Below are positions 45,383 through 56,071 of a DNA stretch of 64,000 bases, piece by piece. The translations under genes and the position numbers were made by a program. Each line of letters opens with the position of its first letter. The stretch's first letter is position 1. Source of the stretch: Pseudomonadota bacterium (GTDB lineage Bacteria; Myxococcota; JACRCW01; JAFGSX01); assembly GCA_043821645.1 (NCBI GenBank), contig JBDRCO010000108.1, forward strand, positions 33,161 to 97,160, in the 5' to 3' direction. A model generated the notes under the pieces. The model did not search any database. It saw only the letters and a list, made by a program, of their open reading frames with translations, and was not told where the DNA came from.

Positions 45383-47038
45383 CTAGAGCGCTCTGCGGTG
45401 TGAACGGCGGCGCAACACCCACAAGGCAAGCACGCCGAGGATGGCCTCCAGAACTGGACCCCGCCCGGCCAGCCCACAGCCACAACCCGGGCTCACTGTC
45501 TCGAAGGGTTCTGCCGCATCCTGGGGTGTCCAGGCTGCAGCATCCGCCACAACCTGCACCACATCGGTCGAAGTTCGCTCGAGACCGATTCCCGCGTCGA
45601 GGGGTGCACTGGCATCGAACTGCGCCGCAGCGTCGGGCGTCGTGGCGCTGCCATCCACAGCCAGCACAGCGTCGCCCGGATCGGCTATGTCGGCGGCGGT
45701 CGCTGCATCGGAGCGGATCGCGCTGTCGGGGATGCCGGCGTCCGCGCCCCCGCCGCAGCTCGCCGAACCTGGCTTGACGATGGTGAGTGTGTCGAGGAGT
45801 TCCACGTTGGAATCGGCACAGCCGAAGTTCTGGCACCGTGTGGCCCAGGTCTCCATGGTGAGGGTTCCGTCCGCGATCTGGAAGTTCACGAAGTGATGAC
45901 GACCCGAGCATCCTGCACGGGTCCCGCCGACGTCGCCGAAGCACACACTGAAGCTGCCGATCTCCATCGTGTAAGCACCGGCGCCACCCGTGGTGATGTG
46001 GACGGTGCCATCCGGGTTGGGTTCACCACGGGTGAGATCCGTGCCCTGCACCGCCGCGGCAAAGCGCTCGTAGTAGTGATTGTGGCCCGTGAGCACGAAG
46101 TCCACGTGGTGGGCATCCAGCAAGGGCAACAGGACCTCGTTGGCGCCAGCCTCGTTGGGAGGATGGCTGAGGCCACCGCCACCTCCCGTGAAAGCTGGCG
46201 CATGAAAACTGACGATCTTCCAGGTCGCATCACTGTTCTGAGTCAACACCTGATCGAGCCACTCGGCCTGCTGCGCGAAGGCGCGCGAATCGGTGGTACT
46301 GCCACCCCTGAAGCTGTGTGTCGACAGCACGGCGAACACCGCATTGCGGTAGCGCACGACGTAGAAGTCCTCGGTGCTCGAGCTGGTGTTGCGCGGCAGG
46401 TAGAAGATCTTGTTGAAGTTGGCGCCGTCTCCCTCGACGCTGTCCGTGTCGTGGTTGCCGATGACGGGGAAAATGGGGATCTCCTTGCCGACCAGTTCCG
46501 TGCTGTCCAGGTAGTCGACCCACTGCGCTTCATCCTCACCATCCATCACCAGATCCCCCGTGTTGATGATCAGGGCAGGCCCGGTATCTGCGGCCTCGAC
46601 CAGGATCTCCGGAAAATTGGAGCTCACCCCCGGATGTCCACCGGTGCCGAACTGGGTGCGGTCGTCTCCCATGGCGACGAAGCTCCACGCTGCGCAGGGG
46701 TCGCTACCGGAGGTGGCAAAGGTGGCATCATCGCTCCACTCACTGCCGTCGCCGACGCTGTAGTGATAGGTCGTCCCGGCACTGAGACCGGTCAAGGTGA
46801 CGCCGTGAATATACCCGATGTCCTGGGCAAGGCTCGGTGCCGACCCGGTCTGCTCGAGACCATAACTTGCACTGGTGCCATAGCGAACCACAGAGTCCAC
46901 GAGGTCCGGCGTGGTCCAGGCGATGCCCATGGACGTGCGCGGATCGTCGACCACCGAGACGCGGAGTTGACTCGGAGCCGCCAGGACCCGGGTGGTGAGG
47001 AGCAGCGCGAGGGCAATCCAGAACAGGCGTGGGTGCAC
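45383..47038 (-). CDS. Secreted metallophosphoesterase (purple-acid-phosphatase-like) with a C-terminal MYXO-CTERM-like sorting tail
   Basis: Calcineurin-like motifs 'GDDRT', 'INTGDLV', 'GNHD', 'LTGHNHYYERF'. Signal peptide after a GTG start (VHPRLFWIALALLLTTRVLA). C-terminus '...PGCGCGLAGRGPVLEAILGVLALWVLRRRS' is a Cys pair, a hydrophobic helix and basic residues. Confidence 0.65.
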   Translation of the reverse strand: MHPRLFWIALALLLTTRVLAAPSQLRVSVVDDPRTSMGIAWTTPDLVDSVVRYGTSASYGLEQTGSAPSLAQDIGYIHGVTLTGLSAGTTYHYSVGDGSEWSDDATFATSGSDPCAAWSFVAMGDDRTQFGTGGHPGVSSNFPEILVEAADTGPALIINTGDLVMDGEDEAQWVDYLDSTELVGKEIPIFPVIGNHDTDSVEGDGANFNKIFYLPRNTSSSTEDFYVVRYRNAVFAVLSTHSFRGGSTTDSRAFAQQAEWLDQVLTQNSDATWKIVSFHAPAFTGGGGGLSHPPNEAGANEVLLPLLDAHHVDFVLTGHNHYYERFAAAVQGTDLTRGEPNPDGTVHITTGGAGAYTMEIGSFSVCFGDVGGTRAGCSGRHHFVNFQIADGTLTMETWATRCQNFGCADSNVELLDTLTIVKPGSASCGGGADAGIPDSAIRSDAATAADIADPGDAVLAVDGSATTPDAAAQFDASAPLDAGIGLERTSTDVVQVVADAAAWTPQDAAEPFETVSPGCGCGLAGRGPVLEAILGVLALWVLRRRSHRRAL

Positions 47039-47145
47039 GATGGACTCCTTGGCTGTCGCCCATTGTAGCGATCGGCCCGAGATCCGGCCAGGACCGCACG
47101 TGCCCGGACAGGGAGGAACAGCACCGGCGCGGGTCGGGGGCAGGC

Positions 47146-48234
47146 TCACAGGCCGGACAGCTCGATGAGCTTGCCGTCCAGCAGGCGCTCGATGATGGCC
47201 AGGAACTCGACCTCGGAGATCGGGCTGACCTGCATGATCTGGTTGAGGCTCCGCTCGCCGTCCACGCGAGACAGCACGTAGCGCTCCTTGGCAGTGAACT
47301 CGCTGCGCGTGGTCACGCTGCGATCGACCTTGAGGCGCGGAATCTGGCCACGGTCGAGAGTGCGGCGGTCGACCTGTGTCGCCACATGCTGCGCGGTGAT
47401 GCCCACCGTCTCGATGGCCTCGACGTCGTGGCTATCGTGCTCAAGCATGGCCTGGGCGCTGCTGAATGCCGCGCTGTAGTCTTCCCTGGCCATGGCGTCC
47501 TGCATGGCCTGACGCATGGCACCACCCTCCGAATCGTTTGGCGGGAACACCGCGATGTGACCCCGCTGGTGCAGGTCGTAGAGGCGTGCATACACGTGAA
47601 ACTCGAGCGCCCGAAGCTCGAGCAACAAGTCGCCGATGGTCTTGCCCTGCTCGAGGAGCTGCAGCACGTAGTTCTCGGCACTGGTCACCGTTGCGGGACG
47701 TGACTGTACCTCGAAGCGCATGTCGCCCGAGGGGAACACCGCCCGCATCTCATCCCAGATACGACGCCGCGACTGTGCCTCGCTGTGCACCTCGGCCAGG
47801 CTGACGGGGATGACGAGGTCGAGCTCACGCCGACCCAGCTCCTCGAGATCGAAGCGCAGCTCGCCCATCTTCCATTCCATGGTGTCGAGCAGGGACTCGC
47901 GCACCTTGAAGCTGAGCGCGCGCGACAAGTGTTCCTCGGTGAGCTGGCCGACCATGATGAGGATTCGCCCGAGGGGGATCTGGGTCTCCTTCTGCGTGGC
48001 GAAGGCCTTCTCGAGCTGTTCCTCGGTGATGTAGCCGAAGTTGATGAGGTGCTGTCCGAGGTACTCGCGGGTATCACTCGACGCGCCCTGCAGCACCAGC
48101 CCGGCCCGCACCACGAAGGACCGCTCGACGTTGCCGCGGCAAAAGACAAGGGTTCCATTGCGATTGCGATTTGCCAGCCAGGCGGCCAGATCCTCGACGG
48201 GCATCACCTCGATCGAACCGCCAATGCTTGGCAT
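47146..48234 (-). CDS. DUF4388 (PATAN-like receiver) domain protein
   Basis: N-terminus 'GSIEVMPVEDLAAWLANRNRNGTLVF' matches the DUF4388 signature recalled from myxobacterial proteins. Remainder unassigned. Confidence 0.4.
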   Translation of the reverse strand: MPSIGGSIEVMPVEDLAAWLANRNRNGTLVFCRGNVERSFVVRAGLVLQGASSDTREYLGQHLINFGYITEEQLEKAFATQKETQIPLGRILIMVGQLTEEHLSRALSFKVRESLLDTMEWKMGELRFDLEELGRRELDLVIPVSLAEVHSEAQSRRRIWDEMRAVFPSGDMRFEVQSRPATVTSAENYVLQLLEQGKTIGDLLLELRALEFHVYARLYDLHQRGHIAVFPPNDSEGGAMRQAMQDAMAREDYSAAFSSAQAMLEHDSHDVEAIETVGITAQHVATQVDRRTLDRGQIPRLKVDRSVTTRSEFTAKERYVLSRVDGERSLNQIMQVSPISEVEFLAIIERLLDGKLIELSGL

Positions 48235-48524
48235 CGCTCCTCCGCGCAGGTTGTCCGGGGGCAGCCCCGATCTCGCCTTGCTCAGCGAGGGCAGCCTGTG
48301 TGGCTGGCCTGCCTCGCGATCGCCAGGGTATCTATCGCGCCGGCTCCACCCACCCGACTGCGGCAGAGAACTCCGCGGGCGATTGCACGGCAGCGCTCCG
48401 AGGGCTGGCCCGAGCCTTGATATCTCCCCTGGTCCTGCCTCATGACAGGGCCGTTACTTGATCGGTGTCCTTGCGTTGGTACATTAACGCCCGCGCCCTT
48501 GCCACGCCAACAACAGGCTCCGCC

Positions 48525-49133
48525 ATGAATTCCATGCCCGCCTCCGTTGCCACCTCCGCCACTCCGTCCAGCAAGGCGGCCCACCCGGTCGTCAAGGTCA
48601 GCTTCGTCGTGATGGCGCTGCTGCTGCTGGCGGGCCTGGTCGCCCTCAAGGTGCGCGAGTATGTGCGCTACCTTGAATTCAGCACCCAGGCTGTCATGGA
48701 CCCCCTGCCCCTGGACAGGATGGCGCCAGGGTTCTCGCTCCCGCCCGGCCCCAGCGGTGCCCCCATCCAGCTCGAGGCGCTGCGCGATCAGTACGTGCTG
48801 GTGCACTTCTGGGCCACCTGGTGCCCGCCTTGCCGCGAGGAGCTGCGCACGCTTGAATACCTGGCGCGAGGGCGGAAAGACACTCTACGTGTTCTTGCCA
48901 TCACCGTCGATGACGATTGGAGCGAGGTCCAGCGCTTCTTTGGCAACCAGAGTCCAACCTTTGCGCTGGCCTGGGACAGGCAGAGAGAGACTGCCGAGGC
49001 TTACGGCACCCAGAAGTTTCCCGAGACCTACCTCGTGGATCCTCAGGGCAAGCTGGTGGCCAAGTTCATGGGCGCCCGCGACTGGAACAGCAAGGCCGCC
49101 TATCGTTACCTCGACGAGATGATCCAGCGCTGA
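48525..49133 (+). CDS. TlpA-family thiol:disulfide oxidoreductase (redoxin), membrane-anchored
   Basis: TM anchor, then 'VLVHFWATWCPPCREELRTL' (WCxxC thioredoxin fold). Confidence 0.7.
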   Translation: MNSMPASVATSATPSSKAAHPVVKVSFVVMALLLLAGLVALKVREYVRYLEFSTQAVMDPLPLDRMAPGFSLPPGPSGAPIQLEALRDQYVLVHFWATWCPPCREELRTLEYLARGRKDTLRVLAITVDDDWSEVQRFFGNQSPTFALAWDRQRETAEAYGTQKFPETYLVDPQGKLVAKFMGARDWNSKAAYRYLDEMIQR

Positions 49134-49190
49134 GCCTGGCATCCCGGCGCAACCGCTGGTCATCGCGACCACGACTCGAATTCGGGTCCG

Positions 49191-49403
49191 TCAAACGCCC
49201 AGAAAACTGTTCAGCTCGGCGACGATGCGTGCGCCATCGAGCTGCTTTTCGGCAATGAGCTCGCCCAGGCTACACCAGGCGGGCTCACCACACTTGATGC
49301 AGACGACACCCCGCTCGAGCAAGAAACCACTGGCGCGTGGAAAGCGCGCCACGATGTCCTCGACCGATTCTTCCAGGGTGATTGGCACGGCAGCATCGCT
49401 CAT
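49191..49403 (-). CDS. DUF1858-like small redox-associated protein
   Basis: ~70-aa 'MSDAAVPITLEESVEDIVARFPRASGFLLERGVVCIKCGEPAWCSLGELIAEKQL...' with a CxxC...C motif pattern. Confidence 0.4.
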   Translation of the reverse strand: MSDAAVPITLEESVEDIVARFPRASGFLLERGVVCIKCGEPAWCSLGELIAEKQLDGARIVAELNSFLGV

Positions 49404-49458
49404 GTCGAACCTCGCTCCGGGGCATGGGCTGAACCCAGCGCCCACTCGGTCGCCATCC

Positions 49459-50586
49459 TCAGCTACAGGTCTCAGCGGACCCCGCAGCGGTGTCCCCGCA
49501 GCCATCCCGCTGATCCACTCCCTCGACGTCGACCGGGTCCACACCTGCGCAGGTGGCGGCTTGCAGGCTGGCAGCCAGGCCTCGCAGCTCATCGAGACCA
49601 CGCTCTCCGACAAGGCGAGCGCGCTCCTGTCCAAGGTCGTCGATCAACAGCACGGTGGGGACGGCACGGACGCCAAGGGCGGCCTTGAGCCAGCGATTGT
49701 CGTCCCGCGACACATCGATGCGGTGCACCTCGACGTGGTGGGCGGTGCAGTCCGCCTGCAAGGTATCCACGGCCTTCTGCATGCGCTGGCAGACCGGACA
49801 GCCCTCCTCGACGAGTTCGAGCAGGCGGGGCTGCGACAGGGGCGCTCCTGGCAAGGGAGCGATGCGGAGCCCATCCTCGGTGGTGGCCAGCTGCGTGGCC
49901 GCTGGCGCCGCGAGCAGGGCGCGAACCGGCCCGACGCCCAGGAACAGGGCCAGGGCCAGCATGGCGACCCCCGTCACCCGCTGCAGGGTCTCCAGGCGAC
50001 GCATGGCCTTGCGCAGAAGCGGCACGGCGCGGTCGGCAAACACAGCCACCACGATGAGCGGCGCGGCGAGACCCGCACTGTAGGCTGCAAGCAGGCCAGC
50101 TCCCTGCAAGGCACTCGATTGCAGAGCGGCCACGCTGAGCACAGAAGCCAGGACGGGGCCTGCGCAGGGCGTCCACCCAAATGCGAACACCACACCGAAA
50201 CCGAAGCCGCCGAGAGGCCCCTGGATGCGGCGGGGGCCGTCGAGGCGCAGATCCCTATCCAGCCAGGGAAGAGGCAGCACACCAAGGAATTTGAGCCCAA
50301 ACAGGGCGATGAGAGTCGCGCCAACCAGCATCAGGAGATCGCGATGCTGACCGAGCACCTGCCCCAGGCTCGACGCTCCCAGCCCGAAGATCGTGAACAC
50401 CAGCGTGAAGCCCAGGCTGAAGGCGAGCGTCCTGACGACGAGCTGTCCTCGCGCGCGTCCTGTCGCAGCTGCGGGCAGCGCACCGCCCAGCAACATCGTC
50501 AGGTAAACCGGCACCAGGGGCAGCACGCAGGGCGTGGCCAGGGTGGCGGTACCGGCTCCGAAGGCGGCAAGAAGAGACAGCGGCAT
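49459..50586 (-). CDS. CcdA/DsbD-family transmembrane thiol-reductant transporter fused to a C-terminal thioredoxin-like domain
   Basis: Two conserved Cys in TM regions ('ATPCVLPLVP' and 'GWTPCAGPVL'), 6+ TM helices, and C-terminal 'CPVCQRM' thioredoxin motif. Confidence 0.7.
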   Translation of the reverse strand: MPLSLLAAFGAGTATLATPCVLPLVPVYLTMLLGGALPAAATGRARGQLVVRTLAFSLGFTLVFTIFGLGASSLGQVLGQHRDLLMLVGATLIALFGLKFLGVLPLPWLDRDLRLDGPRRIQGPLGGFGFGVVFAFGWTPCAGPVLASVLSVAALQSSALQGAGLLAAYSAGLAAPLIVVAVFADRAVPLLRKAMRRLETLQRVTGVAMLALALFLGVGPVRALLAAPAATQLATTEDGLRIAPLPGAPLSQPRLLELVEEGCPVCQRMQKAVDTLQADCTAHHVEVHRIDVSRDDNRWLKAALGVRAVPTVLLIDDLGQERARLVGERGLDELRGLAASLQAATCAGVDPVDVEGVDQRDGCGDTAAGSAETCS

Positions 50587-50593
50587 GGGGTCC

Positions 50594-50980
50594 TCAGGTG
50601 GCGCTGGCGACAGGTTCCGTGAGCAGCTCGTGGTCCAGGAACTCGCGGTGGTACAGGCTGCCGCGGAACCCGACGATGCGCTCGACTTCTTGACCCTGGT
50701 CAAAGTACAGCACGGTGGGCGTCCCACGCACGCCCAGGCGCGCGAGGGTATGGGGCGCGCGGGCGCCATGGAGCTCGACCACCTTGAGCCGGCCCTGATA
50801 GTCCCGTGCGATGTCCATCACGATGGGCTCCAGCTGCTTGCAGGGGGCGCAGCCATCACTCCACACGTCGACCATCACCGGAAGGTCGGATCGCAGCACC
50901 TCGCGGTCGAAATTGCTGTCGTCGATGGCCACCGGCTGCACACGCGTCCGGGGCTTGAGAAGTTGCTTCAGCCAGTTCAT
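50594..50980 (-). CDS. Thioredoxin
   Basis: 'VWSDGCAPCKQLEP', a CxxC thioredoxin fold of 128 aa. Confidence 0.75.
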   Translation of the reverse strand: MNWLKQLLKPRTRVQPVAIDDSNFDREVLRSDLPVMVDVWSDGCAPCKQLEPIVMDIARDYQGRLKVVELHGARAPHTLARLGVRGTPTVLYFDQGQEVERIVGFRGSLYHREFLDHELLTEPVASAT

Positions 50981-51224
50981 GTGTGCTCCTTGTCCCTTAT
51001 CGGAGCCAGGGCCTGCTGTTTGGATTCATGGGCACGCCAGCCTGGGCCAAGGCCGCCCTCCCGGGTGGACAACACGGCACGAACAGAGGCGCTGTTCCTG
51101 GATCTGTGCACGGGAAAGCCACCTCTGCCCGGTGCCGCGGAGCACCCTGCAGCAGCTGCGGGCCTCGCAGGTCCTCGATCACAAGGGTGTGCATGCCTTG
51201 CACAACGCATCCCGGGCATCGAAG

Positions 51225-52151
51225 ATGCGTGCCGCAACGGAGCCAGCAGTGCCAGAACGCCCGAACACCCTTCGCTTCACCGTCGAGCCCGGCGAGACGG
51301 AGCTCCGCCTGGACCAGCTCCTGGCCGCGCGCAACCCGGACCTGTCACGGCGCAAGGCGCGGGTGCTGATCGACATCGGCGGCGTGTTCGTGGACAAGCA
51401 GCGGGTCAAGGTGGCGAGCCGCACACTGCGGGCCGGGCAACACGTCGAGGCCGTGCTGGGCCAGGCGCTCGAGCGCGCGACCAAGAAAGTGGGGCAAGAA
51501 GCACGACGTGACGACGAGAAAAACCTACCGCGCTATCACGTCGTGTTCGCGGATCGCGACATCGTCGTCGTGGACAAGCCAGCGGGCCTGCTCACCGCCC
51601 CCACCCCCGAGAGCGACCGCAACAACCTCGCTGTGCTGCTGGCCCGGCGCTACCACGTCGAGCGCGTGCACGTGGTGCACCGCCTGGACCTGATGACCAG
51701 TGGACTGCTGGTCTTTGCTCGCACCGCCCGCGCCAATCGCGTCCTCGGCGAGCGCTTTCGCGTACACGACCTCACCCGCGAGTACCTGGCGGTGCTACAT
51801 GGCCGCCTGGCCAAGGAGACTGTCACGGTGGACGCGCCCGTCGGTGGCAAGTCCGCGCGCACCCACTTCACGATCGAGACGCGGCTTGGGGATCGGGCGA
51901 CCGTGGTGCGGGCCCGCCTCGAGACAGGGCGCACCCATCAGATCCGCCTGCATGTCCGCACGCTGGGCCTGCACGTCCTGGGTGATCCTCAGTACGGAAG
52001 GCGAACTCGCCAGGACCCCCCGCGCATGGCCCTGCACGCGACCCGGCTGGGCTTCCCGCACCCGCGCAGCGATGAGCCCATGCAGTTCGAGAGCCCCTGG
52101 CCCGAGGACCTCGCCACCTGGCTTGACGGCCTGCGGGCGAATTCTGTGTGA
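51225..52151 (+). CDS. RluA-family 23S rRNA/tRNA pseudouridine synthase
   Basis: S4-like N-domain, catalytic 'HRLDLMTSGLLVFAR' (HRLD..TSG), 'THQIRLH'. Confidence 0.8.
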   Translation: MRAATEPAVPERPNTLRFTVEPGETELRLDQLLAARNPDLSRRKARVLIDIGGVFVDKQRVKVASRTLRAGQHVEAVLGQALERATKKVGQEARRDDEKNLPRYHVVFADRDIVVVDKPAGLLTAPTPESDRNNLAVLLARRYHVERVHVVHRLDLMTSGLLVFARTARANRVLGERFRVHDLTREYLAVLHGRLAKETVTVDAPVGGKSARTHFTIETRLGDRATVVRARLETGRTHQIRLHVRTLGLHVLGDPQYGRRTRQDPPRMALHATRLGFPHPRSDEPMQFESPWPEDLATWLDGLRANSV

Positions 52152-52216
52152 ACGCAGGACCGCGGGCTCCGGCCCGTCAAACATCGTCGACAACACGCTG
52201 CGTCTGCGGGGGTGGC

Positions 52217-54271
<2,055 letters not shown>

Positions 54272-54506
54272 GAGCACTCCAGCAGCGAGGACACTCACGG
54301 TCAGCAGCCTTACCGCGCCACGCCCCGCTGTGGTCAAGAACAACACCGCACCGACGTAGGGTCCACGGCGCGCTGCGGCAAGGTGAAAAGATCCGAGGCT
54401 GACTGCTTCGAGGTGGTTGGCTTGCGCCGTGGCGTCGTGGATAATGCCCGCTGGCGGTCGCGCCTTCCGTGATCTCGGACCGAGACGGCCACCACCGGAG
54501 GTACTC

Positions 54507-56015
54507 ATGGCCCGCTGGGCGGGAGAGATGGAGTTCGAGTTCGTCGACGGCGGCGAGGAGGAGGGCGGCGCCTTCGTCGCCACCAGCAAGGTCGTGCAGT
54601 TCCTGCGCAACCACCTGGCCCGGGGTGAGGTCGAGCAGGCCGCCCGGCTGTACGAGGAAACCGGCGCCAGCGTCACCGCAGACCTCCTGGCCGAGGCCAA
54701 GTCCGCGTCGTCGACCACCCAGAAGAACCTGGCTGAGATGTTCACCCTGGCCCGCGACTTCGCAAGTGCGGCCAAGGTGTTCGAGCAGGCCAAGGATTTC
54801 ACACAGGCTGCCAGAGCCTACGAGCAGGCCAGTGACTACGCCTCCGCAGCCCGGTGCTTCCAGAAAGTTGGTGAAGACGGACGTGCGGCTGCCGCGCTGG
54901 AACGCGCGGGTCAGCTCGACGCCGCCTTGGAGCTCTATCGCAAGGCGGGGCCGTCGGACGCCCTGGCCGAGTGCCTGGCCCGGCAGCGCCGCTACATGGA
55001 GGCCGCCAGGGTCTACGAGCACACCAGCAACACGCGCGCCGAAGTCGAGATGCTGCGCATGGTGCCCATCGATGACCCGAACCGCGTGCCGGCCGTGGAG
55101 CGTCTGGCCGAACTGCTCGAGCGCTTTGGCCGCATGGACCAGGCCGTGCAGCTCATCGTCGACACCGTGCGCCAGTGTGAGGCTGCCCGGGCCTACGCAC
55201 CGCTCTACGACAGGTTGGCGCGCTTGCTCGAGGGGCTCGGCCGCTTCGATCAAGCGCAGATGGTGCGCGCTCGCATCCAGGACCAGCTCGGCGGCACCGT
55301 CATGGGTGAGCGCAAGGCACTCCCCGTGCAGGGCGTGGACACCGGACACGACCCCTTGACTCCAGGTCCTGCGGTCCTCCCCAACGCGATGCGGGAGGCG
55401 CCACCCCCCATTGCAGGTATCCCCGTGACGACGGTGCTGGGCAGTGCGCCGCCGGTGCAGGCCATGAACGCCATGCCCGCGCCGGTACAGGTGATCCTGC
55501 CCCCGGCCCCGACCACGAGCAGCGACCCCTTCAGCTCGCTCATCGATCCCTTCGAGAGTCGTGGCGCCGGTGCCGCGCCCGCTGTCGACGCCTATGCCCA
55601 GCTCAAGGCCATCCCCATCTTCGGTGAGCTGGCCATGCAGGACATGAAGGACCTCTACCGCGCCTCGCAGGAGGTCATGTACGCGTCGGGCGAACCCATC
55701 ATCGAGCAGGGGGTGCGTGGCAACGGCCTGACCGTGATCCTGGCGGGCGAGGTGCAGGTTCAGCGGGTCGACGACGGCGTTGCCAAGGCCCTGGCGACGC
55801 TTGGCGCAGGTGCCTACATCGGCGAGATGTCCCTGGTAGACGACGCCCCGACCTCGGCCCGGGTCGTGGCGAACGCACCGGTGCGAGGTCTGTACATCGC
55901 TCGGGAACGGTTTGACCAGTACCTGTACAGCCACGAGACTGCGGCACTGCGCATCTTTCGACTGTTCACCAAGACCCTGGCCGATCGCCTGCGCCAGTCC
56001 AACGTGCGACGCTAG
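54507..56015 (+). CDS. TPR-like repeat protein with C-terminal cyclic-nucleotide-binding (CAP_ED) domain
   Basis: N-terminal Ala-rich helical repeats. C-terminal '...FGELAMQDMKDLYRASQEVMYASGEPIIEQGVRGNGLTVILAGEV...GEMSLVDDAPTSARVVA' cNMP-binding beta-barrel pattern (G-E...A phosphate-binding cassette). Confidence 0.55.
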   Translation: MARWAGEMEFEFVDGGEEEGGAFVATSKVVQFLRNHLARGEVEQAARLYEETGASVTADLLAEAKSASSTTQKNLAEMFTLARDFASAAKVFEQAKDFTQAARAYEQASDYASAARCFQKVGEDGRAAAALERAGQLDAALELYRKAGPSDALAECLARQRRYMEAARVYEHTSNTRAEVEMLRMVPIDDPNRVPAVERLAELLERFGRMDQAVQLIVDTVRQCEAARAYAPLYDRLARLLEGLGRFDQAQMVRARIQDQLGGTVMGERKALPVQGVDTGHDPLTPGPAVLPNAMREAPPPIAGIPVTTVLGSAPPVQAMNAMPAPVQVILPPAPTTSSDPFSSLIDPFESRGAGAAPAVDAYAQLKAIPIFGELAMQDMKDLYRASQEVMYASGEPIIEQGVRGNGLTVILAGEVQVQRVDDGVAKALATLGAGAYIGEMSLVDDAPTSARVVANAPVRGLYIARERFDQYLYSHETAALRIFRLFTKTLADRLRQSNVRR

Positions 56016-56071
56016 CCACCTCGCCGCGGCAGGAGGAGGTCCGGACCCTCGACGTCGCGCGCGACCGGAGT

